Positions 49,160 to 61,342 of a stretch of 64,000 bases of DNA are shown here, piece by piece. This stretch comes from an uncultured Acidobacteriota bacterium (lineage in GTDB: Bacteria; Acidobacteriota; Thermoanaerobaculia; Gp7-AA8): the NCBI GenBank assembly GCA_963741955.1, contig CAVUKB010000007.1, positions 1,184,001-1,248,000 of the forward strand, in the 5' to 3' direction. The stretch's first letter is position 1. Each line of letters begins with the position of its first letter. The notes beneath the pieces were generated by a model. That model ran no database searches and was not told where the DNA came from. It saw nothing but the letters and a program-made list of their open reading frames with translations. The translations under genes were made by a program, and so were the position numbers.

Positions 49160-50876
49160 CCCGCATTTCTCACAAGACTCTTTTGGGGGAGTTCAACCGG
49201 AGCTGAAGGGGGCGTTCAGCGTAGATTTTGCCGGAATGGGGAGAGTTGGAGTCGAACAAGGCTGAAGTTATTTGACTGGGCGCTGGTTCCGGAGGGCGGC
49301 GGAGGTTCGGGCAGTATCGTGCAGCCAACGCTCAGACACACGTTTCCTCTGGTTCAGAGTTGAACAGACGTGGTTGCGGGAAGATGAGTTGAGGAACGAT
49401 CCGCCTTCAGGGAGAGGCAAGAGCTAAGTTGCTGCAGACCAGCGCGAACAGCTTCGTCATCGGATACCCACTCGAGAGTGAGATCCATATCTTGCGCGTG
49501 GTCACGCGGATCCGTGCTCCGATCTTGAACAGCTTCAGCCGAATTGTGTTGCACTGAGCGGTGGCCAGCTCGGTTCCTTTCAGTCCCAGCCGCCGCAACG
49601 CATTCATCAGCAGATAGGCCGCCGAAGAAAACCAGAGCCGCAACTGATTTGCTCTCATCGTTGCCGCCGAGGTCCGATCCGAAAACAGAAAACATTTCTG
49701 TTCCTTGATTCGGTTCTCCATCTCTCCGCGCTCACAGTAGAGCTCTTCGTACAGCGGCTTCACCGCCATCGCCTCCACCGGGAGCGACGTTACGACGAAC
49801 CTGCCGTTGGCTTTGTCCACCAGGTACTCGGCTTTCGCCACCACACGACGGGACCGGCTCCAGCTCTTGCGAGTCCGGTAGTTCAGATCCTTGTAGGTGC
49901 GGCACGCCTCGGAGAGATGTTGCGACTCGGCTCGTACCAGAGCCATCTCCGCCTCGATCATCGCCTCGAGGCGCCGGTTCTTGGGCAGACCGATCGCGTA
50001 ATCGATCCCTTCGGACTCGCACCAGCTCAGGATCTCGTCGCAGCAGAATCCCGAATCAGCACGAATCACGATCTTCACATCCGGCCAGCTCTCACGGATC
50101 TGCCCAATGATCCGCCTGAGTTCCTCGACCGTTCCCTCGGCAGGTCCGACGCTCGCCTCTCGCAGACGTGCGCAGAGCAGATCCTGTCCACAGAACACGT
50201 AGAGTGGCAGATAGCAGTACGACCCGTAGTGGCCGTGGAAAAATCGCCCCTCCTGATTCCCATGGATTCTGTCCTCGGTCGTGTCCAGATCAATCACGAT
50301 CTGATCCGGAGGAGTCGACCTGGATTTTAAGAACACGTCGACGAAGAATTTATCAATCGCGTTTCCGTCATAGACGATCCGCTTGTATCGATCCTCCCCG
50401 TGACCATCCGGGGTCAACTCCAACCGGTTCAGCGTACTCTTGCCCGCCAGCGGCTGCCTGGGATCCGATTTGCCCGATAAGGTCCCGATCAGCGGATCCT
50501 CACGCAGAGAATCGTGATCGTTCAGATCTTCATATCCGAGAGCCAATCCCATCACCCGCTGCCGGATCATCGACTCGAGCGAGTGCTGAACCAAAGTGCG
50601 TTTTCGGTAATCCCGAAAGCATCCGACGAACCTTTCCAGAATCCTCGTCCGCCTTTCCGTCTCGAGCAGCAGGAGCCCTCCCCCGTCCGAAGTGAGCTGT
50701 CCACCGTCGAACCTGGCGACGATCTCACGCCCTCCCACCCCTTGGAATCGCAACTCGTTCCCGCTACACTCTGTCTGCTTCATACCGCCGCCTCCCGTGC
50801 TGTTGATGTTGTTGTGCACACTCAACTTAATAGCACGGAACGGCGGTCTTTTTCTCCCTACTGTGAGAAATCCGGG
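49160..50876 (-). mobile_element. IS1380 family insertion sequence, 1717 bp, TTAG target duplication
   Basis: IRs CCCGCATTTCTCACA / TGTGAGAAATCCGGG; TTAG on both sides; empty site GGCCTTAGCCACTCG near 48796. Confidence 0.95.
49407..50783 (-). CDS. IS1380 family DDE transposase
   Basis: FDGGQLTSDGG, GYEDLNDHD, IDLDTT, RADSGF, YCERGEMENRIKE, ANQLRL. Confidence 0.95.
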   Translation of the reverse strand: MKQTECSGNELRFQGVGGREIVARFDGGQLTSDGGGLLLLETERRTRILERFVGCFRDYRKRTLVQHSLESMIRQRVMGLALGYEDLNDHDSLREDPLIGTLSGKSDPRQPLAGKSTLNRLELTPDGHGEDRYKRIVYDGNAIDKFFVDVFLKSRSTPPDQIVIDLDTTEDRIHGNQEGRFFHGHYGSYCYLPLYVFCGQDLLCARLREASVGPAEGTVEELRRIIGQIRESWPDVKIVIRADSGFCCDEILSWCESEGIDYAIGLPKNRRLEAMIEAEMALVRAESQHLSEACRTYKDLNYRTRKSWSRSRRVVAKAEYLVDKANGRFVVTSLPVEAMAVKPLYEELYCERGEMENRIKEQKCFLFSDRTSAATMRANQLRLWFSSAAYLLMNALRRLGLKGTELATAQCNTIRLKLFKIGARIRVTTRKIWISLSSGYPMTKLFALVCSNLALASP

Positions 50877-51505
50877 TTAGCCACTCGCCTCGTCTACGCG
50901 TGAATCATGTTATCCGCGATGAAGAGGAAAGTTGTGGCTTCCGCGAAGCGTCGGTAATCCTCGCGCTCAGCTCCGCTTCTGCCGCATGGCGAGGGGCGGC
51001 ACGGCTTCCGCCGTGCCGGCCGCGGCGGCAGCCGCGGCGCCCCTCGGGGGCCGAGGTTCGGGGCGCGGGGCTCGAGCTAGGAGCCTCGAAGCTCGGAGAA
51101 TGACGAGATCCGGATCGGAAGATTTCAATCCCTGGAACGGCACGCGGCACGTGCGCACCCTCTCCCCGTCCGCACCCACACAACTTCAGCCGAGAGCCGC
51201 CCTTCGGGGAGAGGGAAGGGTGAGGGGCAACCCCGAAAGTTGAATTCGAGGCCGCAGCCGGATATCACTCCTGTTCACGCACGCGCCGAGGAGTGCGGAT
51301 CCCGCCCCCGCGGGATCCGTCGCGTGAATCATGTTGTCCGCCCTCGGCCTGACATCGGAGAACGAAGAGGGTTCACCATTCGCCGGGCTCGTCGGAGGGG
51401 AGGCCGGCGCCGCGCCACCTCGACGAGCGAGCGGGCCTCCGCAGCGGTCGAAGACCTGACCCCGCTCGTCCCCGGCGCCGTCCTCGCGCTATACTGGCGG
51501 CTTCC

Positions 51506-53928
<2,423 letters not shown>

Positions 53929-53957
53929 CATCGCGGCATCTCGCGCAGAGCCCCTCC

Positions 53958-55377
53958 CAGTGGGTCGTGCGTCGCGCACGAGGCTCCCCGGCATCATGCC
54001 GGGGAGCGATGGCGTGGATGAGACGCGAGTCGCTCTTCTTGCGTTGCAGTGAGTGTCGGGTCGCGGTCTTCGGGAGGATCGCGGGTTTCGTCGCGGAACA
54101 GGGCGGCGCGGGACGCCGCCCTGCATCGGACGAGACGTCCAACCCACAGCCGCCCTGCATCGGACGAGACGTCCAACCCACTACAGTGGGTCGTGCGTCC
54201 CGCACGAGGCTCCCCGGCATCATGCCGGGGAGCGATGGCGTGGATGAGACGCGAATCGTACTTCTCGCGCTGCAGTGAGTTCGGGTGTCGGTCTTCGGGG
54301 AGATCGCGGGTTTCGTCGCGGAACAGTGCGGCGCGGGACGCCGCCCTGCATCGGACGAGACGTCCAACCCACAGCCGCCCTGCATCGGACGGGACGTCCA
54401 ACCCACTACAGTGGGTCGTGCGTCCCGCACGAGGCTCCTCGGCATCATGCCGGGGAGCGATGGCGTGGATGAAACGCGAGTCGCTCTTCTCGCGCTGCAG
54501 TGAGTTCGGGTCTCGGTCTTCGGGGAGATCGCGGGTTTCGTCGCGGAACAGGGCGGCGCGGGACGCCGCCCTGCATCGGACGGGACGTCCAACCCACAGC
54601 CGCCCTGCATCGGACGGGACGTCCAACCCACTACAGTGGGTCGTGCGTCCCGCACGAGGCTCCCCGGCATCATGCCGGGGAGCGATGGCGTGGATGAGAC
54701 GCGAGTCGCTCTTCTCGCGTTGCAGTGAGTTCGGGTGTCGGTCTTGGGGGAGATCGCAGGTTTCGTCGCGGAACAGGGCGGCGCGGGACGCCGCCCTGCA
54801 TCGGACGAGACGTCCAACCCACAGACGCCCTGCATCGGACGAGACGTCCAACCCACTACAGTGGGTCGTGCGTCCCGCACGAGGCTCCCCGGCATCATGC
54901 CGGGGAGCGATGGCGTGGATCAGACGCGAGTCGCTCTTCTCGCGTTGCAGTGAGTTTCGGGTCGCGGTCTTCGGGGAGATCGCGGGTTTCGTCGCGGAAC
55001 AGGGCGGCGCGGGACGCCGCCCTGCATCGGACGAGACGTCCAACCCACAGACGCCCTGCATCGGACGAGACGTCCAACCCACTACAGTGGGTCGTGCGTC
55101 CCGCACGAGGCTCCCCGGCATCATGCCGGGGAGCGATGGCGTGGATGAAACGCGAGTCGCTCTTCTCGCGCTGCAGTGAGTTCGGGTGTCGGTCTTGGGG
55201 AGGATCGCGGGTTTCGTCGCGGAACAGGGCGGCGCGGGACGCCGCCCTGCATCGGACGAGACGTCCAACCCACAGCCGCCCTGCATCGGACGAGACGTCC
55301 AACCCACAGCCGCCCTGCATCGGACGAGACGTCCAACCCACAGCCGCCCTGCATCGGACGGGACGTCCAACCCACAG
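53958..55377. repeat. Repeat family D: six tandem 225/226-bp hairpin-rich units with nested 33-bp subunits
   Basis: CAGTGGGTCGTGCGTC starts at 53958, 54184, 54409, 54634, 54859, 55085; subunit CGCCCTGCATCGGACGAGACGTCCAACCCAC twice per unit, four times in the last. Confidence 0.95.
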
Positions 55378-55386
55378 AGAGTGTCC

Positions 55387-55459
55387 GGGCGGTCACGCCG
55401 CGTGCAGAACGTTCGTTCATGTGAAGGCCCGGGCTGCGCGGGCACGCGTCGCGCCCGCC
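55387..55459 (-). repeat. Inverted fragment of repeat family B
   Basis: GGCGGTCACGCCGCGTGCAGAACGTT...GCGGGCACGCGTCGCGCCCGCC is the reverse complement of about 42167-42240. Confidence 0.8.
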
Positions 55460-55720
55460 TCGATCCTCGAGGAAGGGAAAGAAGCTTGTGTTTGCCGGCG
55501 CAGTGAGCGGGCGAGTGTTGCTCCGGTACGAATATTGCTTGAGCTCGTGCGAAAGGGTTCGAGCCAATGCGCGTCAGGAGACAGAAAGACGCACCTGCGA
55601 GAATCTCGACGCCTCTTCGTTCGTCCAATCCGACGCCCCAATCTGAAGGCGGTCGTCCCGCCTGAAACGTCTTCATCTTCGTGGAAGTCCTTTCCGAACG
55701 GATGCTGGGAGTGAACAGCC

Positions 55721-56914
55721 GTGAGAATTCTTTATTGCGCCTCGATCGCATTCATCCTGTTTGCTGAAGGAACCGCCTATGCCCTCCCCGCCTTTGCCCG
55801 GCGAGAGGGCGTGAAGTGTCAAATGTGCCACTTCCGGTTACCTGAGCTCAATGAGGATGGACATGCTTACGTTCGCCGAGGTCTCCGGGAGGAACCAAGG
55901 AGCAAGATGAGCGAAGGAGAGGCTGGCTCCGGGGAGGAGATGGGGCAGCCGACGAAGACGCCGGCAGCGGCGGTTCGCCGGAAGTTGGGAGAGCCGCTGC
56001 CGCTGCAGTGGGCCGACTACTTCACAGTCATGGGCCACCACATGGTGACGCAGAATCGCGGAAGCCGGACCCGGTTCGATGCAGGTCGCATCGATCTCTG
56101 GATGGGAGGCCCAATCGATCGGCATTGGTCAGGACTGGTAAATCCGACCGCGGACATTGAAGAAGGCGGCCTGGACGTCGAGCAAGCATATGTGCATTAC
56201 GACTCGCACTGGAATGAGAGATTCGTGTCGGCCCGAGTAGGACAGATCATGCCGTTTGCGATTCTTTTCAACCAGGGCGGTCCTGGCATGTCGTTGAGCG
56301 CCCCGGTCGTGCTCACCACGGCAGCCGACACGGGAACGACGTGGACGCCGACCACATTGATGCGCGGCGCTGAAATTGGGGCGGTGAACCTGCCGCGGTG
56401 GAATGTCTATGCGGGAGTGGTGCAGCCGAATCGCGAGGGCTCGCAGACCACCGACCCCCACACTGACGCATATGCGAGTGCCGAATACCTGATCGGAAAA
56501 CGAGGCGATTCGCTCACTGCGTACGGCTACTGGGGGAAGGCGACGGGGCTGGATGCTCACGACCGCGGATTTCACCGGATCGGATTATTCGCAAATGCGT
56601 ATGCGAAGAGCACGAAAGCGACGGCGGGATATCTGACGGGGTCGGATGATTCCGTCGGGCGTTCGCTCGACAACTGGGGCTATTTCGTGCAGGCGGAGCA
56701 GCTTCTCTCGGAACAGTGGGCCGCGTACGTACGCTACGACCGCTTCCGCCAGGACCTGGCGGCCGGGGGTGCTCGCAGCATCGATGGACCGTCGGTCGGA
56801 GTGTCGTGGTGGGCGCAGTCCCAGATTCGCCTGACGCTGGAAGGACGAGTCCTCGAGACGTCAGGAGAACGGAACAATCGAATGCTCATGGCCGAGTTCA
56901 TGTGGGTTTTCTGA
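55721..56914 (+). CDS. Cyc2-like fused monoheme cytochrome c / outer-membrane porin
   Basis: Signal peptide, then LPAFARREGVKCQMCHFRLPELN (PxFAR-x5-CxxCH-x3-PxL); amphipathic beta-strand body ending in aromatic residue (FMWVF). Confidence 0.72.
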   Translation: MRILYCASIAFILFAEGTAYALPAFARREGVKCQMCHFRLPELNEDGHAYVRRGLREEPRSKMSEGEAGSGEEMGQPTKTPAAAVRRKLGEPLPLQWADYFTVMGHHMVTQNRGSRTRFDAGRIDLWMGGPIDRHWSGLVNPTADIEEGGLDVEQAYVHYDSHWNERFVSARVGQIMPFAILFNQGGPGMSLSAPVVLTTAADTGTTWTPTTLMRGAEIGAVNLPRWNVYAGVVQPNREGSQTTDPHTDAYASAEYLIGKRGDSLTAYGYWGKATGLDAHDRGFHRIGLFANAYAKSTKATAGYLTGSDDSVGRSLDNWGYFVQAEQLLSEQWAAYVRYDRFRQDLAAGGARSIDGPSVGVSWWAQSQIRLTLEGRVLETSGERNNRMLMAEFMWVF

Positions 56915-57106
56915 GATTGCGAAGATCTTTGATCTCGCCGGGCACGAGCGGCCTTTGCCCATCGAAACCTTCCGCGTGGGGGGGGGCGGCGCCGCCAGCG
57001 CCAGGGCAGGCGAGTCTGCTTCCTCCGCTTTCCCCGACCCGTGGCACCTGGCGAGCCGGAGGAGCCACGGCTGGGCGTACCTTCCCGGCGGATGAGAGGA
57101 GGATCA

Positions 57107-57646
57107 ATGAGCAATCGTGCCGGTCTAATCGTCGCTATCGTCCTGTTGTCTATCCCGGCCGGTGTCGTGCTCGTCTCCGCGACGGGTTGCAGTCGTCGGA
57201 CCTACGCACCCCATGAAAAGAGCGAAGCGGCCTCCCCCCCTTTCTCGTTTCGGTCCAACGGTGAACGAATCTACTTCACGTTGACCGACGAGCGAGGCGA
57301 ACGGATCTCGTTTCAGGGGGGACCGCCGTGGTTGTCGATGCATGGCGGCAGTTGCGCCGACTGCCACGGATCGGACGGGCGCGGTGGAAAACAGGTGATG
57401 ATGGGAACTGCAGTCCCCGCCGACATCCGATACAGCGTCCTGACCGCGAAAGAGCATCCGGCGGGTGGAGAACATGCCGACCACCCTCCTTACACCGATC
57501 GTCTCATCAAGCGAGCGATCACAGAGGGACTCGACCCGGCAGGCGGGCGGCTCGATCAGACGATGCCGCGCTTCACCATGCCCGAGCAGGACTTGAACGA
57601 CCTCGTGGACTATCTGAAACAGCTCGATGGAAAGAGGGCGGAGTAA
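57107..57646 (+). CDS. Monoheme cytochrome c, probable lipoprotein
   Basis: RBS GAGGAGG; hydrophobic leader ending ATGC; SCADCHGSDGRGG; RAITEGLDP...MPRF...DLVDYLK. Confidence 0.88.
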   Translation: MSNRAGLIVAIVLLSIPAGVVLVSATGCSRRTYAPHEKSEAASPPFSFRSNGERIYFTLTDERGERISFQGGPPWLSMHGGSCADCHGSDGRGGKQVMMGTAVPADIRYSVLTAKEHPAGGEHADHPPYTDRLIKRAITEGLDPAGGRLDQTMPRFTMPEQDLNDLVDYLKQLDGKRAE

Positions 57647-57692
57647 GGTTGCGCACCTGCGACCAAAGCCGAGGGACGATCTGCGAGATCGA

Positions 57693-60301
57693 CTTTCAGG
57701 GTTGCCCCTCACCCTTCCCTCTCCCCGAAGGGCGGTCCTCGGCTGAAGTTGTGTGAGTGCGGACGGGGAGAGGGTGGGCACGTGCCGCGTGCAGTTCCAG
57801 GGATTGAAATCTTCCCATCCGGATCTCGTCAATCTCCGAGCCCCGAGCCTCGCGAGAACGGTACGGCGTGCAGTCGTACGATTCGCGCAATCAACTTTCA
57901 GGGTTGCCCCTCACCCTTCCCTCTCCCCGAAGGGCGGTTCTCGGCTGAAGTTGTGTGGGTGCGGACGGGGAGAGGGTGGGCACGTGCCGCGTGCAGTTCC
58001 AGGGATTGAAATCTTCCAATTCGGATCTCGTCAATCTCCGAGCTTCGAGCTTCGAGCCTCGAGCCTCGAACCTCGAGCCTCGCGAGAACGGTACGGCGTG
58101 CAGTCGTACGATTCGCGCAATCAACTTTCAGGGTTGCCCCTCACCCTTCCCTCTCCCCGAAGGACGGTTCTCGGCTGAAGTTGTGTGAGTGCGGACGGGG
58201 AGAGGGTGGGCACGTGCCGCGTGCAGTTCCAGGGATTGAAATCTTCCAATCCGGATCTCGTCAATCTCCGAGCTTCGAGCTTCGAGCCTCGAGCCTCGAA
58301 CCTCGAACCTCGAGCCTCGCGAGAACGGTACGGCGTGCAGTCGTACGATTCGCGCAATCAACTTTCAGGGTTGCCCCTCACCCTTCCCTCTCCCCGAAGG
58401 ACGGTTCTCGGCTGAAGTTGTGTGAGTGCGGACGGGGAGAGGGTGGGCACGTGCCGCGTGCAGTTCCAGGGATTGAAATCTTCCAATCCGGATCTCGTCA
58501 ATCTCCGAGCTTCGAGCTTCGAGCCTCGAGCCTCGAACCTCGAACCTCGAGCCTCGCGAGAACGGTACGGCGTGCAGTCGTACGATTCGCGCCATCAACT
58601 TTCAGGGTTGCCCCTCACCCTTCCCTCTCCCCGAAGGGCGGTTCTCGGCTGAAGTTGTGTGGGTGCGGACGGGGAGAGGGCGGGCACGTGCCGCGTGCAG
58701 TTCCAGGGATTGAAATCTTCCAATTCGGATCTCGTCAATCTCCGAGCTTCGAGCCTCGAGCCTCGAGCCTCGAGCCCCGCGAGAACGGTACGGCGTGCAG
58801 TCGTACGATTCGCGCCATCAACTTTCAGGGTTGCCCCTCACCCTGCCCTCTCCCCGAAGGGCGGTTCTCGGCTGAAGGTGCGTGAGTGCGGACGGGGAGA
58901 GGGTGGGCACGTGCCGCGTGCAGTTCCATGGATTGAAATCTTCCAATCCGGATCTCGTCAATCTCCAATCTTCGAACCTCGAGCCTCGAGCCTCGAACCT
59001 CGAGCCTCGCGAGAACGGTACGGCGTGCAGTCGTACGATTCGCGCAATCAACTTTCAGGGTTGCCCCTCACCCTTCCCTCTCTCCGAAGGGCGGTCCTCG
59101 GCTGAAGTTGTGTGAGTGCGGACGGGGAGAGGGTGGGCACGTGCCGCGTGCAGTTCCAGGGATTGAAATCTTCCAATCCGGATCTCGTCATTCTCCGAGC
59201 CCCGAGCCTCGAGCCTCGAGCCTCGAGCCTCGAGCCTCGAACCTCGAGCCTCGCGAGAACGGTACGGCGTGCAGTCGTACGATTCGCGCAATCAACTTTC
59301 AGGGTTGCCCCTCACCCTTCCCTCTCCCCGAAGGGCGGTCCTCGGCTGAAGTTGTGTGAGTGCGGACGGGGAGAGGGTGGGCACGTGCCGCGTGCAGTTC
59401 CAGGGATTGAAATCTTCCAATCCGGATCTCGTCAATCTCCGAGCTTCGAGCCTCGAACCTCGAGCCTCGAGCCTCGAGCCTCGAGCCTCGAACCTCGAGC
59501 CTCGCGAGAACGGTGCGGCGTGCAGTCGTACGATTCGCGCCATCAACTTTCAGGGTTGCCCCTCACCCTTCCCTCTCCCCGAAGGGCGGTTCTCGGCTGA
59601 AGGTGCGTGAGTGCGGACGGGGAGAGGGTGGGCACGTGCCGCGTGCAGTTCCATGGATTGAAAACTCCCAATCCGGATCTCGTCAATCTCCGAGCTTCGA
59701 GCCTCGAGCCTCGAGCCTCGAGCCTCGAGCCTCGAGCCTCGAGCCTCGAGCCTCGAGCCTCGAGCCTCGCGAGAACGGTACGGCGTGCGGTCGTACGATT
59801 CGCGCAATCAACTTTCAGGGTTGCCCCTCACCCTTCCCTCTCCCCGAAGGGCGGATCTCGGCTGAAGTTGTGTGGGTGCGGACGGGGAGAGGGTGCGCAC
59901 GTGCCGCGTGCAGTTCCAGGGATTGAAATCTTCCAATCCGGATCTCGTCAATCTCCGAGCTTCGAGCCTCGAACCTCGAGCCTCGCGAGAACGGTACGGC
60001 GTGCAGTCGTACGATTCGCGCAATCGATCTTCAGGGTTGCCCCTCACCCTTCCCTCTCCCCGAAGGGCGGTTCTCGGCTGAAGTTGTGTGGGAGTGCGGA
60101 CGGGGAGAGGGTGGGCACGTGCCGCGTGCAGTTCCAGGGATTGAAATCTTCCAATCCGGATCTCGTCATTCTTCGAGCCTCGAGCCTCGAGCCCCGCGCC
60201 TCGAGCCTCGAGCCTCGAGCCCCGAGCCTCGAGCCTCGAGCCTCGAGCCCCGCGCCCCGAGCCTCGAGCCTCGAGCCTCGAGCCCCGCGCCCCGAGCCTC
60301 G
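57693..60301 (+). repeat. Repeat family C array: 11 tandem units of 202+7n bp with variable (AGCCTCG)n tract
   Basis: Units start at 57693, 57895, 58125, 58362, 58599, 58822, 59052, 59296, 59547, 59812, 60028; terminal heptamer run about 60172-60301. Confidence 0.96.
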
Positions 60302-60306
60302 CGTTC

Positions 60307-60777
60307 TCAGATCGCCGGGCCGGGGTGCTTCTTCAGCTCGAGCTTCCGCCGGCTGAGCTCCTCCCCCAGGGTGTCGAGCTCGTCGTCGCTCATCACGCTC
60401 TTCGCCTTCGGAAACATCTCGTCCTCTTCCTCGTGGATGTGGTGATGCACGAGCTCGTTGAGCACGTGGGCCTTCCCGAGGAACTCGTTGCTGTTCGGGT
60501 TGGTCTTCTTCAGCTCCGGGAGGACCATGTCGACGACGTGGTGCTCTTCCTTCGACTCGAAGAAGAGAACCTCGTCTTCCTTCTTTTCGACCGCGTCGCG
60601 AAACGCGGGATAGAAGATCTCTTCTTCGATGGTGGTGTGGATGCGGAGCTCGCGGTCGATGCGATCGAGAAGCTCTTCGCGGTTCCTGGTCGCACTCGAT
60701 TTCGTCTCGACCAGCTCGTCGAGGAGTTTCTTCACTTTCTGATGGTCTTCCTTCAGCACGTCGAGGGCGTTCGGCAT
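60307..60777 (-). CDS. Hemerythrin-like domain protein
   Basis: MPNALDVLKEDH, HTTIEEEIFYP, EEHH, HHIHEEEDEMFP. Confidence 0.92.
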   Translation of the reverse strand: MPNALDVLKEDHQKVKKLLDELVETKSSATRNREELLDRIDRELRIHTTIEEEIFYPAFRDAVEKKEDEVLFFESKEEHHVVDMVLPELKKTNPNSNEFLGKAHVLNELVHHHIHEEEDEMFPKAKSVMSDDELDTLGEELSRRKLELKKHPGPAI

Positions 60778-60841
60778 TGGATCCTCCTGCCGTTCAACGT
60801 CGCAAGAGCGGTGCCGGAGCGCGGGGCGTTGCCGCGCGGCT

Positions 60842-61318
60842 CTACTTCCCCTGATCGGCGAGGTCCTGCGCCTGGTCGAGGGTCGTATCGATCGATTCCT
60901 GCCGCTGGACCACGTCTCCCGGGAGTGAGCCGCCGGTGCGGATTGCGGAGTCGAATTCGCCGGTGAGGCTGCGGAGTGCGTCGACGGCGTCTCGAGCCTT
61001 CGAGCAGGAGTCGTCCGGGCAGGAGCAGTCGGAGGAGGCGCGGGAGATCGCGCCATCGACGTCGGAGCGGAATGCGTCCCACGCGCCGAGGTCCGGAGAA
61101 GGGTTGGCAAAGCGCCCGATGCCGCCGCCCCAGAGCTCGCTCGCGGCTCGTGCGGATGCCACACACGGCGACGAGCCGGCCACGCCGGCCTCAGTGTGTG
61201 AAGCGCTGCTCCTGGAAAAATGCGAGCGGAACCAGGGGGAGCCGTAGCGAACGCCGACGACGACTGCGACGACGAGGACGACGAGGCGGATCAGAGTGCT
61301 GGAAGCCGATCGTGCCAT
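60842..61318 (-). CDS. Hypothetical membrane-anchored protein with four Cys
   Basis: N-terminal TM; C...CSC...C; helical C-terminus. Confidence 0.65.
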   Translation of the reverse strand: MARSASSTLIRLVVLVVAVVVGVRYGSPWFRSHFSRSSASHTEAGVAGSSPCVASARAASELWGGGIGRFANPSPDLGAWDAFRSDVDGAISRASSDCSCPDDSCSKARDAVDALRSLTGEFDSAIRTGGSLPGDVVQRQESIDTTLDQAQDLADQGK

Positions 61319-61342
61319 AGCGGAACGATCATACGCCGATCA

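Larger units (their letters stand above)
48325..51345 (-). repeat. Repeat family C array (about 360-380-bp units, four core hairpins), interrupted by IS1380
   Basis: CACCCTCTCCCCGTCCG...CGGGGAGAGGGAAGGGTGAGGGGCAACCC...GTTGAATTCGAGGCC recurs, ending near 48419, 48799, 49155 and 51253; reverse complement of the 57.7-60.3 kb core. Confidence 0.9.

Noticed and set aside
56978-56986. G9 tract as a phase-variation switch
   Set aside because: Intergenic, short, and not within an identifiable promoter.
57693-60301. CRISPR array, suggested by regular repeats containing GGGATTGAAA
   Set aside because: The constant part is about 190 bp, the variable part is only a heptamer run, there are no unique spacers and no cas genes in the window.
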